From Elusimicrobiota bacterium (lineage in GTDB: Bacteria > Elusimicrobiota > Elusimicrobia > Elusimicrobiales > UBA9959), in assembly GCA_012517285.1 (NCBI GenBank), contig JAAYVG010000005.1, positions 6,304 through 70,303 on the forward strand: a stretch of 64,000 nucleotides of DNA, read 5' to 3'. This document shows, piece by piece, positions 47,790 to 58,308 of this stretch. Made by a program: the position numbers and the translations under genes. Every line of letters begins with the position of its first letter. The first letter of the stretch is position 1. The notes beneath the pieces are model-generated. The model was not told the DNA's origin. It made no database searches and worked only from the letters and a program-made list of their open reading frames with translations.

Positions 47790-49268
47790 ATGAAAAATAC
47801 TGTTGAAAAAAAATATGATCTTTTAAAACTGTTTGGTTTTTTTCCTTTCATAGCAATGATCTTTTATGGATTCTGGAATATAAAGATATATCTGGTCTTA
47901 AATTCTATTGTTTTTATAGCATTTATTTTGCTGTTGTTTCATATTTATAAAAAAAAATATTTTTTTTTTACTGATGGATATCAATATTTCTTTGCAGCAA
48001 TTGTCTTGTCCTTGATTTCATTTTCACTTTCTCCATTAAGGAATCTGATATCACTTGAGTATATAAATTTTTTATCAGGGTTTATAATATTTTTTATAAC
48101 ACTTAATATTCAGGATAATGACGGAGATATTAAGTATTTTTATCCATTTCTGTTCATAATAGTTCTCATATCAGCTTATAACCTCATAAGTGGTGATGAT
48201 GTCATAGCAACGCTTAAAAACTCCAACACACTCGCATTTTTTTCAATCCTTATAATTGGTATGCTATTAGAAAAAAGAAGATATTATGCTGCTCTTATAT
48301 TCTTCTGTGTTTTGATATCAACGAGATCTATTGCCGGTATGTTGTCTGTGGTTCTTGTTAGCTCTTATTACTGTTTCAATAACAGGAAAAACATAGATTT
48401 TAAAAACAATAAAATTGTATTATCAATAGTTTTGTTGCTGATTGTTTTTCTTGTCTTCAATATAGATGAAAGATCTGTTTCTGATAGGATTAATTGGTGG
48501 AGATCATCATTTGATATGTTTAAAGAAAGGCCTCTTGTTGGCTGGGGATATTCAGGATTTACTCATCTTATATCGGCATTCTCATCTGATGGCCCAAAGT
48601 CTCTTTATGCTCATAATTATTTCATCGAGACATTGGCTGAAGAAGGGATAATCTTTTCTGCTGTATGGTTCTATTTCTTATTTTTGATCATTAAGAGATC
48701 AAAAAACTTTTATCACTATGCATTATTATCTGCACTTTTACAGAGTCTTTTTGATTTCGGGATAGACACAACCTGTGGCTGGTGGTTTTTCATGTATATA
48801 CTTGCGGAGTCTGATAAAAAGGATCTTTTGATGTTCAGATTTTCAAACAATGGCAAGAAAATAACCAGTTTTATTATTGCTTTATCCTCTCTTGTTTTTT
48901 TTGTATGGCTTTATTCTTCTTTTAAATATATTGATATAGAAAAAAGGCTCGGGGTTATATCTGAGCTTGCTAATAATAACAGATATGATCTGGCTGTTGC
49001 ATACTCCGATGATTCCATAGCAAAAAATCCTGATAATTTTGATATCGCTCTAAAAAGAGCTCTCGTGCTTGAAGATATAGCTGAAATCACAAGGGATAAA
49101 AGAGCGTATATGGATCTGGCAAAATCTCTTGAATATATTCTTATTATCAATCCATATTATAAAAGGGCTTATGATAAGTTAGAGAAAATATATGATATGA
49201 TAGGTGATGAGAGACTTATTACTGATCTAAGATTTCGCAAGAAAAATTATATCCAGGCAGATAAATAG
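47790..49268 (+). CDS. O-antigen ligase (Wzy_C) family membrane protein
   Basis: N.N, TRS, R..WW...F.ERPLVGWG and AHNYFIETLAEEG motifs; TPR-like tail. Confidence 0.85.
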   Translation: MKNTVEKKYDLLKLFGFFPFIAMIFYGFWNIKIYLVLNSIVFIAFILLLFHIYKKKYFFFTDGYQYFFAAIVLSLISFSLSPLRNLISLEYINFLSGFIIFFITLNIQDNDGDIKYFYPFLFIIVLISAYNLISGDDVIATLKNSNTLAFFSILIIGMLLEKRRYYAALIFFCVLISTRSIAGMLSVVLVSSYYCFNNRKNIDFKNNKIVLSIVLLLIVFLVFNIDERSVSDRINWWRSSFDMFKERPLVGWGYSGFTHLISAFSSDGPKSLYAHNYFIETLAEEGIIFSAVWFYFLFLIIKRSKNFYHYALLSALLQSLFDFGIDTTCGWWFFMYILAESDKKDLLMFRFSNNGKKITSFIIALSSLVFFVWLYSSFKYIDIEKRLGVISELANNNRYDLAVAYSDDSIAKNPDNFDIALKRALVLEDIAEITRDKRAYMDLAKSLEYILIINPYYKRAYDKLEKIYDMIGDERLITDLRFRKKNYIQADK

Positions 49269-50836
49269 TGGAAAGATTTAAATCGTTATCGTATAATAAA
49301 CTCTTCATTATAATATTTTTATTATCAGGAATATTCTTGAACGGATTTGTTGACAAAAGTATATTTTTAGTTATATCAATACTATCATTTGCATATCTGT
49401 GGCTTTACAATAAAAAACTATCAGTTGATTTTAACTATCTTTGTATGTTTTTTTTATCAGCTGTTGTTAGCACATTCCTATCAGTTGATTTTGAAAATTC
49501 ATTTCACTGGTTGTATATAAATTTTTTTTGTGTTATATTCTTTTTTTATTTTTATGGTCTTTCAAATGATGAAAAAAATGATATTCTATTGTTTATAAGG
49601 CAGCTCTCATATCTGTTTTCAGTATTTTTCTTTTTTATTGTACTGTATAAATTTTTCTTAGGAAAACCACTTTATTTTATAGGTAAAAATCCTAACTATT
49701 TATCTCTTTTCTTTGGAATTTCTCTTATTTTTTCTATCAGCGATTATCTTAAAAAAAAGGATATAGTTTCAGTAATAGTCTTTATCTTATCTATTTCAGG
49801 ACTCCTGATTATTAACTCAAGGGCATCATTCTTTTCTCTCTTTGTTTCAGTATTTATTTTACTTAAAAATAAGATAGGAATAAAAAAAACTTCTATAATT
49901 TATATCATTCTTGCCTCAGCCTATCTTATGTTTTTCTTTCCGCTATTAAGATACAATCTCAAGCTCTATGATTTGAGGGCTTTTGAAAGGATTGATATCT
50001 GGAGTACAGCATTTAAGGCTTTTATGTCAAGACCAATCTTTGGCTGGGGTGGCGGGGATTTTTCTATTGCGTTTGAGTATTTTAAGTTCCCTTACTTTGA
50101 CGGGCTTTCATATTACAATCACTCAACCTTTCATGCTCACAGCGAGATTTTAAATGTCCTGTGTGAAAATGGTATTGCTGGATTTATTTTTTATCTGCTT
50201 TTTATAAAAGAAGTTATATCGCATGTAAAAAATGTCGATATGAAGATTGTTTTTATATTTTTTACACTCTTCAGCTTTGTTGATATAGTCCTCTACCTTC
50301 CATTTTTTAGATTTGGATATTTTATTATTGCTGCACTTATGATAGAAAAGCAATATGATTTCATCGTCAGCATTAGAAGATTAGTCTTTGCTATAATTTG
50401 TTTCATTGCCATGGAGATTGATATTATTTTTGTGGTCCATAATAATCACAAAACACCTGTTGCGGCCTATTCGGCTTTACTGTCATCAAAAAACTATGTT
50501 AAAAATGCAGCGATAGTGGAGTATTCCTTATACTCTAACCCTCATAACGCAGTCCTCTATTTTGAGCTTGGAAGATTCTATTTTAATACAGGTGATATGA
50601 GATCTGCTATCTTATATCTTAAAAGGGCATATGATCTAGAACCACTCTTTAGAAATGCTCTTTTGATGCTTGCTCAGTCTGAGCTTTATGAGAAAAATAA
50701 TGATATGGCTGAATATTATTTTAAAAGAATAAATCCAAATCTATCCTTAGTTCCTGATAATTTTTATTCATCATACATAGCTGGATTTAATTCTGTTGCT
50801 TATGATAGTGTCTCTAAAATTTTAAGAGGAAAGTAA
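49268..50836 (+). CDS. O-antigen ligase (Wzy_C) family membrane protein with C-terminal TPR
   Basis: NPNY, NSRAS, R.DIW...PIFGWG and HAHSEILNVLCENG motifs; GTG start overlapping the previous stop. Confidence 0.85.
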   Translation: MERFKSLSYNKLFIIIFLLSGIFLNGFVDKSIFLVISILSFAYLWLYNKKLSVDFNYLCMFFLSAVVSTFLSVDFENSFHWLYINFFCVIFFFYFYGLSNDEKNDILLFIRQLSYLFSVFFFFIVLYKFFLGKPLYFIGKNPNYLSLFFGISLIFSISDYLKKKDIVSVIVFILSISGLLIINSRASFFSLFVSVFILLKNKIGIKKTSIIYIILASAYLMFFFPLLRYNLKLYDLRAFERIDIWSTAFKAFMSRPIFGWGGGDFSIAFEYFKFPYFDGLSYYNHSTFHAHSEILNVLCENGIAGFIFYLLFIKEVISHVKNVDMKIVFIFFTLFSFVDIVLYLPFFRFGYFIIAALMIEKQYDFIVSIRRLVFAIICFIAMEIDIIFVVHNNHKTPVAAYSALLSSKNYVKNAAIVEYSLYSNPHNAVLYFELGRFYFNTGDMRSAILYLKRAYDLEPLFRNALLMLAQSELYEKNNDMAEYYFKRINPNLSLVPDNFYSSYIAGFNSVAYDSVSKILRGK

Positions 50837-50854
50837 ATTTAATAGAATATTATT

Positions 50855-51988
50855 ATGGATGCTTATAGAATAAAGAAATACTGTCTTAACCCTGATTCCA
50901 TACTTATGGCTGGTGATATAAAATTATTAAGCACAGGTGATTTGTTTCTTAGTGAAATGCAGGCTATGATAGAACACACTGAAAAGAGTCTGCTCATAGA
51001 GTTTTATGAGATAGCTGATGATGACTTCGGTATAAAATTAAAAGAGTTGCTCATAAATAAGGCAAGGCAGGGTGTAGATATAAAGATAATATATGATAGC
51101 ATTGGTTCAAGAAATACATCTCAGGGTTATTTTAATGATATGAGAAAGAATGGGATTGAGGTTATAGAGTATAATCCTATAAGGATGTTTACATCAGTAA
51201 GAAGGTGGTTCAGACGTGATCACAGAAAAATAATGGTTTCAGATTTTACATATTCTATACTCGGTGGTTTTAATCTAAGCCTTGATTATCTACCATATTT
51301 TATAGGTGGGAGGAACTGGAAGGATTTTGGAGTTAGATTTTCAGGTGATGTGGTTTCAATGATAACCAGAATATTTAGAGATAACTGGATTTCTATTGGT
51401 GGCAGTGATTTTGAACTCTTGCCTGCGAGTGTCAGTGGTGATATCCCTGTTTCAATTGTATGGGAACATGGAATAAAAAATATACACTCTATAAGAAGAA
51501 GTTATAAGTATGCTATGGATAATGCAAAGGATTCTATATATATAACAAATGCATACTTTTTGCCCGATGGGCTTATATACAGATGTCTAAAAAGAGCTGT
51601 GATAAGGGGAGTGGATGTTAAAATAATACTTCCATTTAAAACTGATCATCCCTATGTGCGAATCGCATCAATGTCAATACTGAAACTTCTCATAAAGCAT
51701 GGGGTAAAGATCTATGAATGGCAGGGAGAGGTTCTTCATGCAAAGACTGCTGTTGTTGATGGGGTCTGGGTATCCATAGGTTCACACAACTTTGATCATA
51801 TAAGTATGCATCACAATCTTGAGATGAATATAAATATATTTGATGAAAACATAGGTGCTGATATGAAAAGGCTTTTTGAGAATGATCTGAATAATTCAAA
51901 AGAATTGACGTTATCATATATAAACAAGCTTCCACTTTCTACAAAGATATTCAGTCAGTTCATCTATCTTTTTAGAAACTTTATATGA
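50855..51988 (+). CDS. Cardiolipin synthase (ClsB-like phospholipase D)
   Basis: Two HKD motifs (RDHRKIMVSD, LHAKTAVVD), NAYFLP; no N-terminal TM. Confidence 0.92.
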   Translation: MDAYRIKKYCLNPDSILMAGDIKLLSTGDLFLSEMQAMIEHTEKSLLIEFYEIADDDFGIKLKELLINKARQGVDIKIIYDSIGSRNTSQGYFNDMRKNGIEVIEYNPIRMFTSVRRWFRRDHRKIMVSDFTYSILGGFNLSLDYLPYFIGGRNWKDFGVRFSGDVVSMITRIFRDNWISIGGSDFELLPASVSGDIPVSIVWEHGIKNIHSIRRSYKYAMDNAKDSIYITNAYFLPDGLIYRCLKRAVIRGVDVKIILPFKTDHPYVRIASMSILKLLIKHGVKIYEWQGEVLHAKTAVVDGVWVSIGSHNFDHISMHHNLEMNINIFDENIGADMKRLFENDLNNSKELTLSYINKLPLSTKIFSQFIYLFRNFI

Positions 51989-53298
51989 GGCTTTTATTTA
52001 TTTTTCTTTCTCTTTTTTTAAGCTGTGAAACCACCGATGAAATATACAATAAGATACTTACTGATAAATTCTTTAGGGGGATAGTTGCTGATAATCTTAT
52101 AGAGAATAAAAAATATGCTGATATTGGCGAGATAAAAGAGTTTGAAACATATTCGGAGTTAAGAGGTTATGTCATTTCGCTTGTAGAAAAAAATCCCAAG
52201 AAGGCAGCTGAGCTTTTCAGCGGTGTTGTAAAAGAAACGGGTGGTTATAAAATTGTCAGTGAAAACTATGAATATGAAATCAATCCTGTTTTCAAATCAC
52301 TCATAGACCAGATGAAAAGAGCATCATCTGATAACAGTATCGGGGATGAAAGCAGAAGGGTTTTGTCATCAACTCTTTTTGAAGGTGTATGGAAAAAGCC
52401 CGATGGCGATCTCTCTATAACCTCAAACAATACTGAAATAAATGATTATAGAGTTACACCTGAGTATAATTCTCTGGACTTAAACGTTAATAAATTATTA
52501 TCAGAAAAAAGAAACATAGACAGTATATGGAATTACCTGAACGAATACTCTGTTAGAGATATAAATGATATATTAAAAAATACTCAGTCTGCATATTTAA
52601 AATTTTCTAAATATGTTTCAAGTATAAGTGGTATGAAAAAAATCAATCCTGAGCAATCGAAGTCTCTTATTTCTATTATTAATGAGGTATCAAAGTATCT
52701 TAAATTGAAGGTTCTTGTCATAAGATACAGGGAGCTTGAGGAAAGGATAATGGCTTTAAAAAGTATTAGATTAAAAAATAGTTTATCAGATCTGTATAAC
52801 AGAATGATAGATCTCAGTTCTAAAAACAACAGTACAGAGTTTGATAGAGAGTTTATGTCTCTTTTTTCTGATATGGACACAATTGCATCAGAAACAACTG
52901 TTTTAAATAATGTGTATGATTTAAAAAATAATCTTGAAAGATATTATCCATCGTGTTTTTATGACTGGCTTGTTTATAAAATAAATTATTATATATATCC
53001 GTCAAAAAAGTTTTTAGTTATGATGAGTCAAAAAAAAGATATTCTTCTGTTGCTCAACAAAATTATTTCTGGATACGAGAAAAATGGATTTGATCATATC
53101 AATAGCAATCTATTGATTACAGAAAAAAAATCACTTGATGATGCATTTAAACTGATTGAGGATATGAATGAGATAAAGAATAAAAACAGAAAAATTCAAT
53201 ATTATTTCTTTGATAATTTAATACCTTACGATATCTACACTAAAAATGGTAAAAGATATTTTGGTTTGAAATATGCTGAAGAGATAAAAAAGCATTAA
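51985..53298 (+). CDS. Hypothetical helical lipoprotein
   Basis: Lipobox FLSC; translationally coupled (ATGA overlap). Confidence 0.65.
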   Translation: MRLLFIFLSLFLSCETTDEIYNKILTDKFFRGIVADNLIENKKYADIGEIKEFETYSELRGYVISLVEKNPKKAAELFSGVVKETGGYKIVSENYEYEINPVFKSLIDQMKRASSDNSIGDESRRVLSSTLFEGVWKKPDGDLSITSNNTEINDYRVTPEYNSLDLNVNKLLSEKRNIDSIWNYLNEYSVRDINDILKNTQSAYLKFSKYVSSISGMKKINPEQSKSLISIINEVSKYLKLKVLVIRYRELEERIMALKSIRLKNSLSDLYNRMIDLSSKNNSTEFDREFMSLFSDMDTIASETTVLNNVYDLKNNLERYYPSCFYDWLVYKINYYIYPSKKFLVMMSQKKDILLLLNKIISGYEKNGFDHINSNLLITEKKSLDDAFKLIEDMNEIKNKNRKIQYYFFDNLIPYDIYTKNGKRYFGLKYAEEIKKH

Positions 53299-53305
53299 GC
53301 ATATT

Positions 53306-54871
53306 CTATTTTTTTTCCTGATATTCCTGTTCAGTGTTTATATCCCATATCTCAGTCTTATCAGTATTGTTTAATATACACTCTGCTGCCTTTATCCCTG
53401 TTAGCATTGAGTGATCCATGTTGTTATATCTATGCATCCCGTTTCTTCCTATAGGGTATAAGTTTTTAATGCCATTTAAAAAGTCTTTTATCCTATCAAT
53501 TTCCTCATATGCTCCAAAATATGCTGGATATGCCTTTTCTGTTCTTATGGCTGTTCCATCAAGGAAGTCATTGCTATCTATGATGCCAACATTTGAAAGA
53601 TCTTTTATTGCGATATCTATTAAGTCCTTATCATCTTTACTCCACAGATGATCATTTTCATTACAGAAGTATTCAACCCCAAGCCATATTTTGTTAACAT
53701 CGTTTAAAAGATATGGGCTCCAGTTGTTAAATATTTGCAACCTTCCTGCTACTATACCGCTATCCTGTAAGTATATCCAGTTATCAGGAATAATATTATT
53801 AACGGTTCTTTCACCGCTTTTATTCTTTACCTTCATCCTTTTCATTAAAAGCCCGACAGCTATAAAATCTCTATACAAAAGTTCGTTTGATAATCTTGCA
53901 ATATTCTCATCCTTTTTATTAAAAGCATTTATTAAATCTTTTATCGGCATTGATGATATGAGATAATCTGCGTTATAGTTTGCAATTTCTCCTGTTAGTT
54001 TATTTTTAGTGGTTATGGAAAGAACTCTATCATTCTCTATATTAATACCAATAACCTCAGAGTTTTTAATTATAACTCCACCAGCAGCCTCTATCCTTTT
54101 TGCCATCTCATCCCACATCTGACCGGGTCCTAACTTTGGATAATAAAACTGCCTTATCAAGGTTGTTTCAACAGCTTTTGTGGTTTTATATCTGCTTGAA
54201 AAAGTATTAAGAAATATATCCTTTAAAATGGATGATATAGAAAGCCCCTGAACTCTCTGTGCACCCCAATCCGGTTTTATCTCATTACAATTTATACCCC
54301 ATACCTTTTCCGTATAATCCTTAAAAAATGTCAGATAAAGCTCTTTACCAAATCTATTAATAAAAAAATCCTCTAAATTTTTCTCATTTTTTATTGGCGA
54401 TACCATGCTTTTCATATAGCTGAGTCCGATTTTTGTCATCTTACTGAGTCCAAGATTTCTTATGGTGTTATAGTTAAGTGCAACAGGATAATCAAAGAAT
54501 TTATGCATATAGTATATTCTTGATGTCCTTTTCCTTATGAGCATGACATTATCTTCTTTTTCTGGGTCTGGCCCATTGGTGTTATAATCAATATTTCTGT
54601 ATCTTTCTGTAATTATATCATCGCTTGATGGAAATCCTTGTATAGGCATTATTTCTGTCCAGAGTTTTAATATATCATCAGATTTGCTATAAAACCTGTG
54701 GCCACCGATATCTATTCTGTTTCCTTTGTAAGACTCTGTTCTTGCTATACCACCGAGAATTGCTCTTTTTTCTATTATTACTACATTATAATCCTTATTT
54801 TTTACAAGCTCATATCCAGCTGTAAGCCCCGCTGGTCCACCACCTATTATTATCACATTTTTTTTGTTCAT
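53306..54871 (-). CDS. FAD-dependent oxidoreductase (PRK07208-like)
   Basis: IIGGGPAGL, DIGGHRF, YTEKVWG and GRNGMHRYNNMDHSM motifs. Confidence 0.9.
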   Translation of the reverse strand: MNKKNVIIIGGGPAGLTAGYELVKNKDYNVVIIEKRAILGGIARTESYKGNRIDIGGHRFYSKSDDILKLWTEIMPIQGFPSSDDIITERYRNIDYNTNGPDPEKEDNVMLIRKRTSRIYYMHKFFDYPVALNYNTIRNLGLSKMTKIGLSYMKSMVSPIKNEKNLEDFFINRFGKELYLTFFKDYTEKVWGINCNEIKPDWGAQRVQGLSISSILKDIFLNTFSSRYKTTKAVETTLIRQFYYPKLGPGQMWDEMAKRIEAAGGVIIKNSEVIGINIENDRVLSITTKNKLTGEIANYNADYLISSMPIKDLINAFNKKDENIARLSNELLYRDFIAVGLLMKRMKVKNKSGERTVNNIIPDNWIYLQDSGIVAGRLQIFNNWSPYLLNDVNKIWLGVEYFCNENDHLWSKDDKDLIDIAIKDLSNVGIIDSNDFLDGTAIRTEKAYPAYFGAYEEIDRIKDFLNGIKNLYPIGRNGMHRYNNMDHSMLTGIKAAECILNNTDKTEIWDINTEQEYQEKK

Positions 54872-55272
54872 ATCTTTACACTAAATACCAGATATTTCCT
54901 GCCAAAAAAATTCCATACAAGAACTATTGCAGTTGATATCAGTTTTGAATACATATAATACACACCATACTTAGCAGTTAAAATCCACATAATAAGCTGA
55001 TTAAGCAAAAGTCCAATAACTCCTATTATGCTGAAGAACAAAAACTCAATATTTTTATTCTTTATGTTTCTCTCATCAAACACCCATATGGTGCTTAGCA
55101 CATAGTTAACCAAAAGCCCTGCTGTAAATGATATTGCTGATGAAACAAGGTAGTACAGAGCAAACTCTTCTGTTAAAAGCCAGAGCACAAAATAATCTAC
55201 AGCAAAGGATATACCACCAACAACACAGTATCTTGAAAACTGATGAATAGACTTTTTAAAACAGAAATTCAA
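54868..55272 (-). CDS. GtrA family membrane protein
   Basis: QF.RY.VVGG...VD, NY.LS..WVF and WNF..RK..VF signatures. Confidence 0.93.
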   Translation of the reverse strand: MNFCFKKSIHQFSRYCVVGGISFAVDYFVLWLLTEEFALYYLVSSAISFTAGLLVNYVLSTIWVFDERNIKNKNIEFLFFSIIGVIGLLLNQLIMWILTAKYGVYYMYSKLISTAIVLVWNFFGRKYLVFSVKI

Positions 55273-55276
55273 CTTA

Positions 55277-56671
55277 TTAATCCTCTTGCAGGGTTATAAC
55301 CTTTCCAAAGTTTTCAAGTGGTTTTGCAAATTTTTTAGAATCACCTATAACAAATATCTGTGAGTTTTTAGTATCATAGAACTCTTTTGCAGAGTTAACC
55401 ATGTCTTTAATTTTTACTGCATCTATTCTTGATGTATAATTTGAAAGATAATCAGGTTTGTATCCGTAGAGATCATAGCTTGCTATCTCATCAAGGAGTG
55501 CTGATTGTGTCTGAAATCTAAATACAAACGAGTTGATTATCTCTGATTTAGCCATATCAAACTCTTTTTCGTCTATCTTATCTGTTTTAACCTTTTCCAT
55601 CTCTAAAAAAACCTGTTCTATTGCTTCGTTAACGCTTTCAGGTTTTGTTCCAAGATATGTCATTATAAAGCCAGCCTTATTTCGCTTTGAAAAATATGAA
55701 TAAACGCTGTAAGCAAGCCCTCTCTTTGATCTTATCTCATTACCTAATCTGGACTGTATCCCTCCACCCATATACTCGCTTAAAACTGTGAGTGGATACT
55801 CCCTGTCATCGTGCCTTGCTATACCCTTGTTAAGTATGACAACAAATGCCTGTTTCAACGGTTTGTCTATAAGATATACAGTTCTTGTATCAGGTGTTTG
55901 AGGCAGTGCTATGTCTGGAAGCTTTACATCTCCCATCTGAATATCTCCAAACTCTTTTTTTATTTTATTGTTCATCTCATTCTCATCAAAATCACCTGCG
56001 ATAGAAACTATCATATTGTTCGGTATTATAAAATTATCCCTGTATGCCTTTAAATCATCCACTGTGATTTTGCTTATTGTTTCAATCTCAGATCTCATAC
56101 CGTATGGATGGTTTTTACCAAAAAAAATCCTTAACGCCTCTCTTGTTGCCTGTCTGTCAGGGTTATCATTTCTTCTTTTGACCATTTCTATGGCTTCCTG
56201 TTTTTTTAGCTCAAATTTCTTCTCTTCAAAAGCAGGGTTTTTTATAAGATCTGAAAGAATGTTAAAAACTTCATCAAAGTCTTTCTTATGAGAAAACATT
56301 GATATGCTTGCTTCTTCAGGGCTTATTGATGTTGTTATCTCAGCACCTAAATACTCTAATTTTTTATCAATCTCATCAGATGAAAAATTTTTACTGCCAC
56401 CATTTCTTAATACCTCAAAGAAAAGGCTTCCAAGCCCTGCTTTTTCCTGAGGGTCATAAACGGTCCCAGTTTTAATTAAAACTTCCATCCTGACTGTTGG
56501 CAATGTTGCATCCTTTTTTATGTATATCTTTAATCCGTTATCAAGGATTAATGGTTTTACAACAGGTGGTTTGAATTCCACATTACCATAGTGCGGTATA
56601 TTAAGATTGTTTGAATAAAGATTTATGTTCATAATCATTGCTCCAGTAATAAAATAAATAATTTTTTTCAT
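55277..56671 (-). CDS. M16 peptidase, non-catalytic subunit
   Basis: L.NGLKIY fold start; HxxEH absent (GLGSLFFE); SRL..EIRSKRGLAY motif. Confidence 0.9.
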   Translation of the reverse strand: MKKIIYFITGAMIMNINLYSNNLNIPHYGNVEFKPPVVKPLILDNGLKIYIKKDATLPTVRMEVLIKTGTVYDPQEKAGLGSLFFEVLRNGGSKNFSSDEIDKKLEYLGAEITTSISPEEASISMFSHKKDFDEVFNILSDLIKNPAFEEKKFELKKQEAIEMVKRRNDNPDRQATREALRIFFGKNHPYGMRSEIETISKITVDDLKAYRDNFIIPNNMIVSIAGDFDENEMNNKIKKEFGDIQMGDVKLPDIALPQTPDTRTVYLIDKPLKQAFVVILNKGIARHDDREYPLTVLSEYMGGGIQSRLGNEIRSKRGLAYSVYSYFSKRNKAGFIMTYLGTKPESVNEAIEQVFLEMEKVKTDKIDEKEFDMAKSEIINSFVFRFQTQSALLDEIASYDLYGYKPDYLSNYTSRIDAVKIKDMVNSAKEFYDTKNSQIFVIGDSKKFAKPLENFGKVITLQED

Positions 56672-56687
56672 AGGATCTCCTTAATAT

Positions 56688-58220
56688 TCACTTGCTTTCT
56701 ACTATATATACAGTAGTTCTGTTGCTTCTTGTGAGGTATTTGGTTACAACATTAACAACATCCTCACTCCTGACCATTTTTATCTTTTCAAGCATATTCC
56801 ATGAAAACTTCCAGTTCCCCATTATCTGCTCATTGTATGCAAGTGTCTGAGCAAACTCAAGATTCGATTCAAGCCCTTTTATTAAATTTATCTGATAATT
56901 ATTTATAACCTTATCTATTTCCCATTGCGTTGGTGGGTTGTTCTTGAATTCTGATATTTCTTTCATTATTTCATCATCAAGGGACTGGACATCTGTATCG
57001 CCTTTAGGAGCTGAAGCAATAACAAAAAGTGATGGATATCTGTCACCTGGAGTTGAGGCATAGGCTCCGGTGTATAGAGCCATATTCTTTTCCTCCACAA
57101 GTGATTTATAAAGCCTTGATGTACTGCCATTTGCTAGTATATCAGCAGCAACTATTAACGCTGGCATATCAGCTGAGTTAATTCCAGGGTTTTTAAATCC
57201 CATTATTATGGATGATTTTGATGGAAATGATACCTTTATTATTTTTTCCTCTATTTGCTTTGGTTCCTTTGTATAATTTGTATCAGTTATGTTTGAGGCT
57301 TTCCAGTCAGCAAAATATTTTTCAGCTAACTTGATTGTCTTTACAGGATCTATATCACCAACTATAGCAAGCGTTGCATTGTTCGGTACATAAAATTTCT
57401 GATAGAAAGCGAATGCGTTGGGCCTTAACAGATGTGATACATCATCCTCAAATCCTATAACAGGGTTATGATATGGATGTGCTATAAATGCGTTTGAAAA
57501 AAGCTTATCCCAGCTTATTCTATTAGGGTTTGTTTCATACATCCTCAGCTCCTCATGGACCACATCCCTTTCCTTATAAAAATCCCTCATAGCAGGATTT
57601 TTGAATCTATCAGACTCTATTTTAAAATATGCTTCCATTCTATCGGCTGGAAGCTCTATGACATAACCTGTATAGTCATTTGATGTGAATGCGTTTAGAT
57701 TGTGCTGACCTAACTCATTGTATATTTTCCATAGTTCTTCTCTTATCTGATACTTCTCTGCCTCATCTGTAAGCTTTTTGTATTCTTCATTCAATTTCTT
57801 TAATTTTTCCTCATCCCTTAACTCTTTTTTATCCTCACTTGAGATCTCTGACTGAATTTCATCTATCCTATCAAGGATCAGCTTCTCCTTTTCATAGTCC
57901 TTTGTCCCTATGTTTGCAGTTCCTTTAAAAGCCATATGTTCAAACATATGAGCAAGCCCAGTCTGGCCTTGGATATTGTCAACATTACCAACCTTAAACA
58001 TCATAGTATATGATACAGTCGGTACAAAATTTTTTTCAAGCATCAGTATCTTTAAACCATTTTTGAGTTTATATGAAATCACCTGAGGATACTGTGGATT
58101 TTCCTCAACAGTAGCTCCCATTTTTTTTAGTTCATTAGCTGTTTCTTTTTCCATAGAATAGACTCCCTGTGAAAGCATTAAAGTTAAAAAAAACATAACA
58201 AGTTTCATTTTTTCCTCCAA
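56688..58220 (-). CDS. M16 zinc peptidase, catalytic subunit
   Basis: GLAHMFEHMAFKG (HxxEH), NAFTS, ERDVVHEE and HPY motifs; signal-peptide-like N-terminus. Confidence 0.94.
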   Translation of the reverse strand: MEEKMKLVMFFLTLMLSQGVYSMEKETANELKKMGATVEENPQYPQVISYKLKNGLKILMLEKNFVPTVSYTMMFKVGNVDNIQGQTGLAHMFEHMAFKGTANIGTKDYEKEKLILDRIDEIQSEISSEDKKELRDEEKLKKLNEEYKKLTDEAEKYQIREELWKIYNELGQHNLNAFTSNDYTGYVIELPADRMEAYFKIESDRFKNPAMRDFYKERDVVHEELRMYETNPNRISWDKLFSNAFIAHPYHNPVIGFEDDVSHLLRPNAFAFYQKFYVPNNATLAIVGDIDPVKTIKLAEKYFADWKASNITDTNYTKEPKQIEEKIIKVSFPSKSSIIMGFKNPGINSADMPALIVAADILANGSTSRLYKSLVEEKNMALYTGAYASTPGDRYPSLFVIASAPKGDTDVQSLDDEIMKEISEFKNNPPTQWEIDKVINNYQINLIKGLESNLEFAQTLAYNEQIMGNWKFSWNMLEKIKMVRSEDVVNVVTKYLTRSNRTTVYIVESK

Positions 58221-58308
58221 CTTAGCTTTACTTTTGCTTTAAATATTATATAATTTTTTTAAGAGTAAATTATAAATTTATAGGCCTTATGGCAAAGGGG
58301 AGTTTCTT

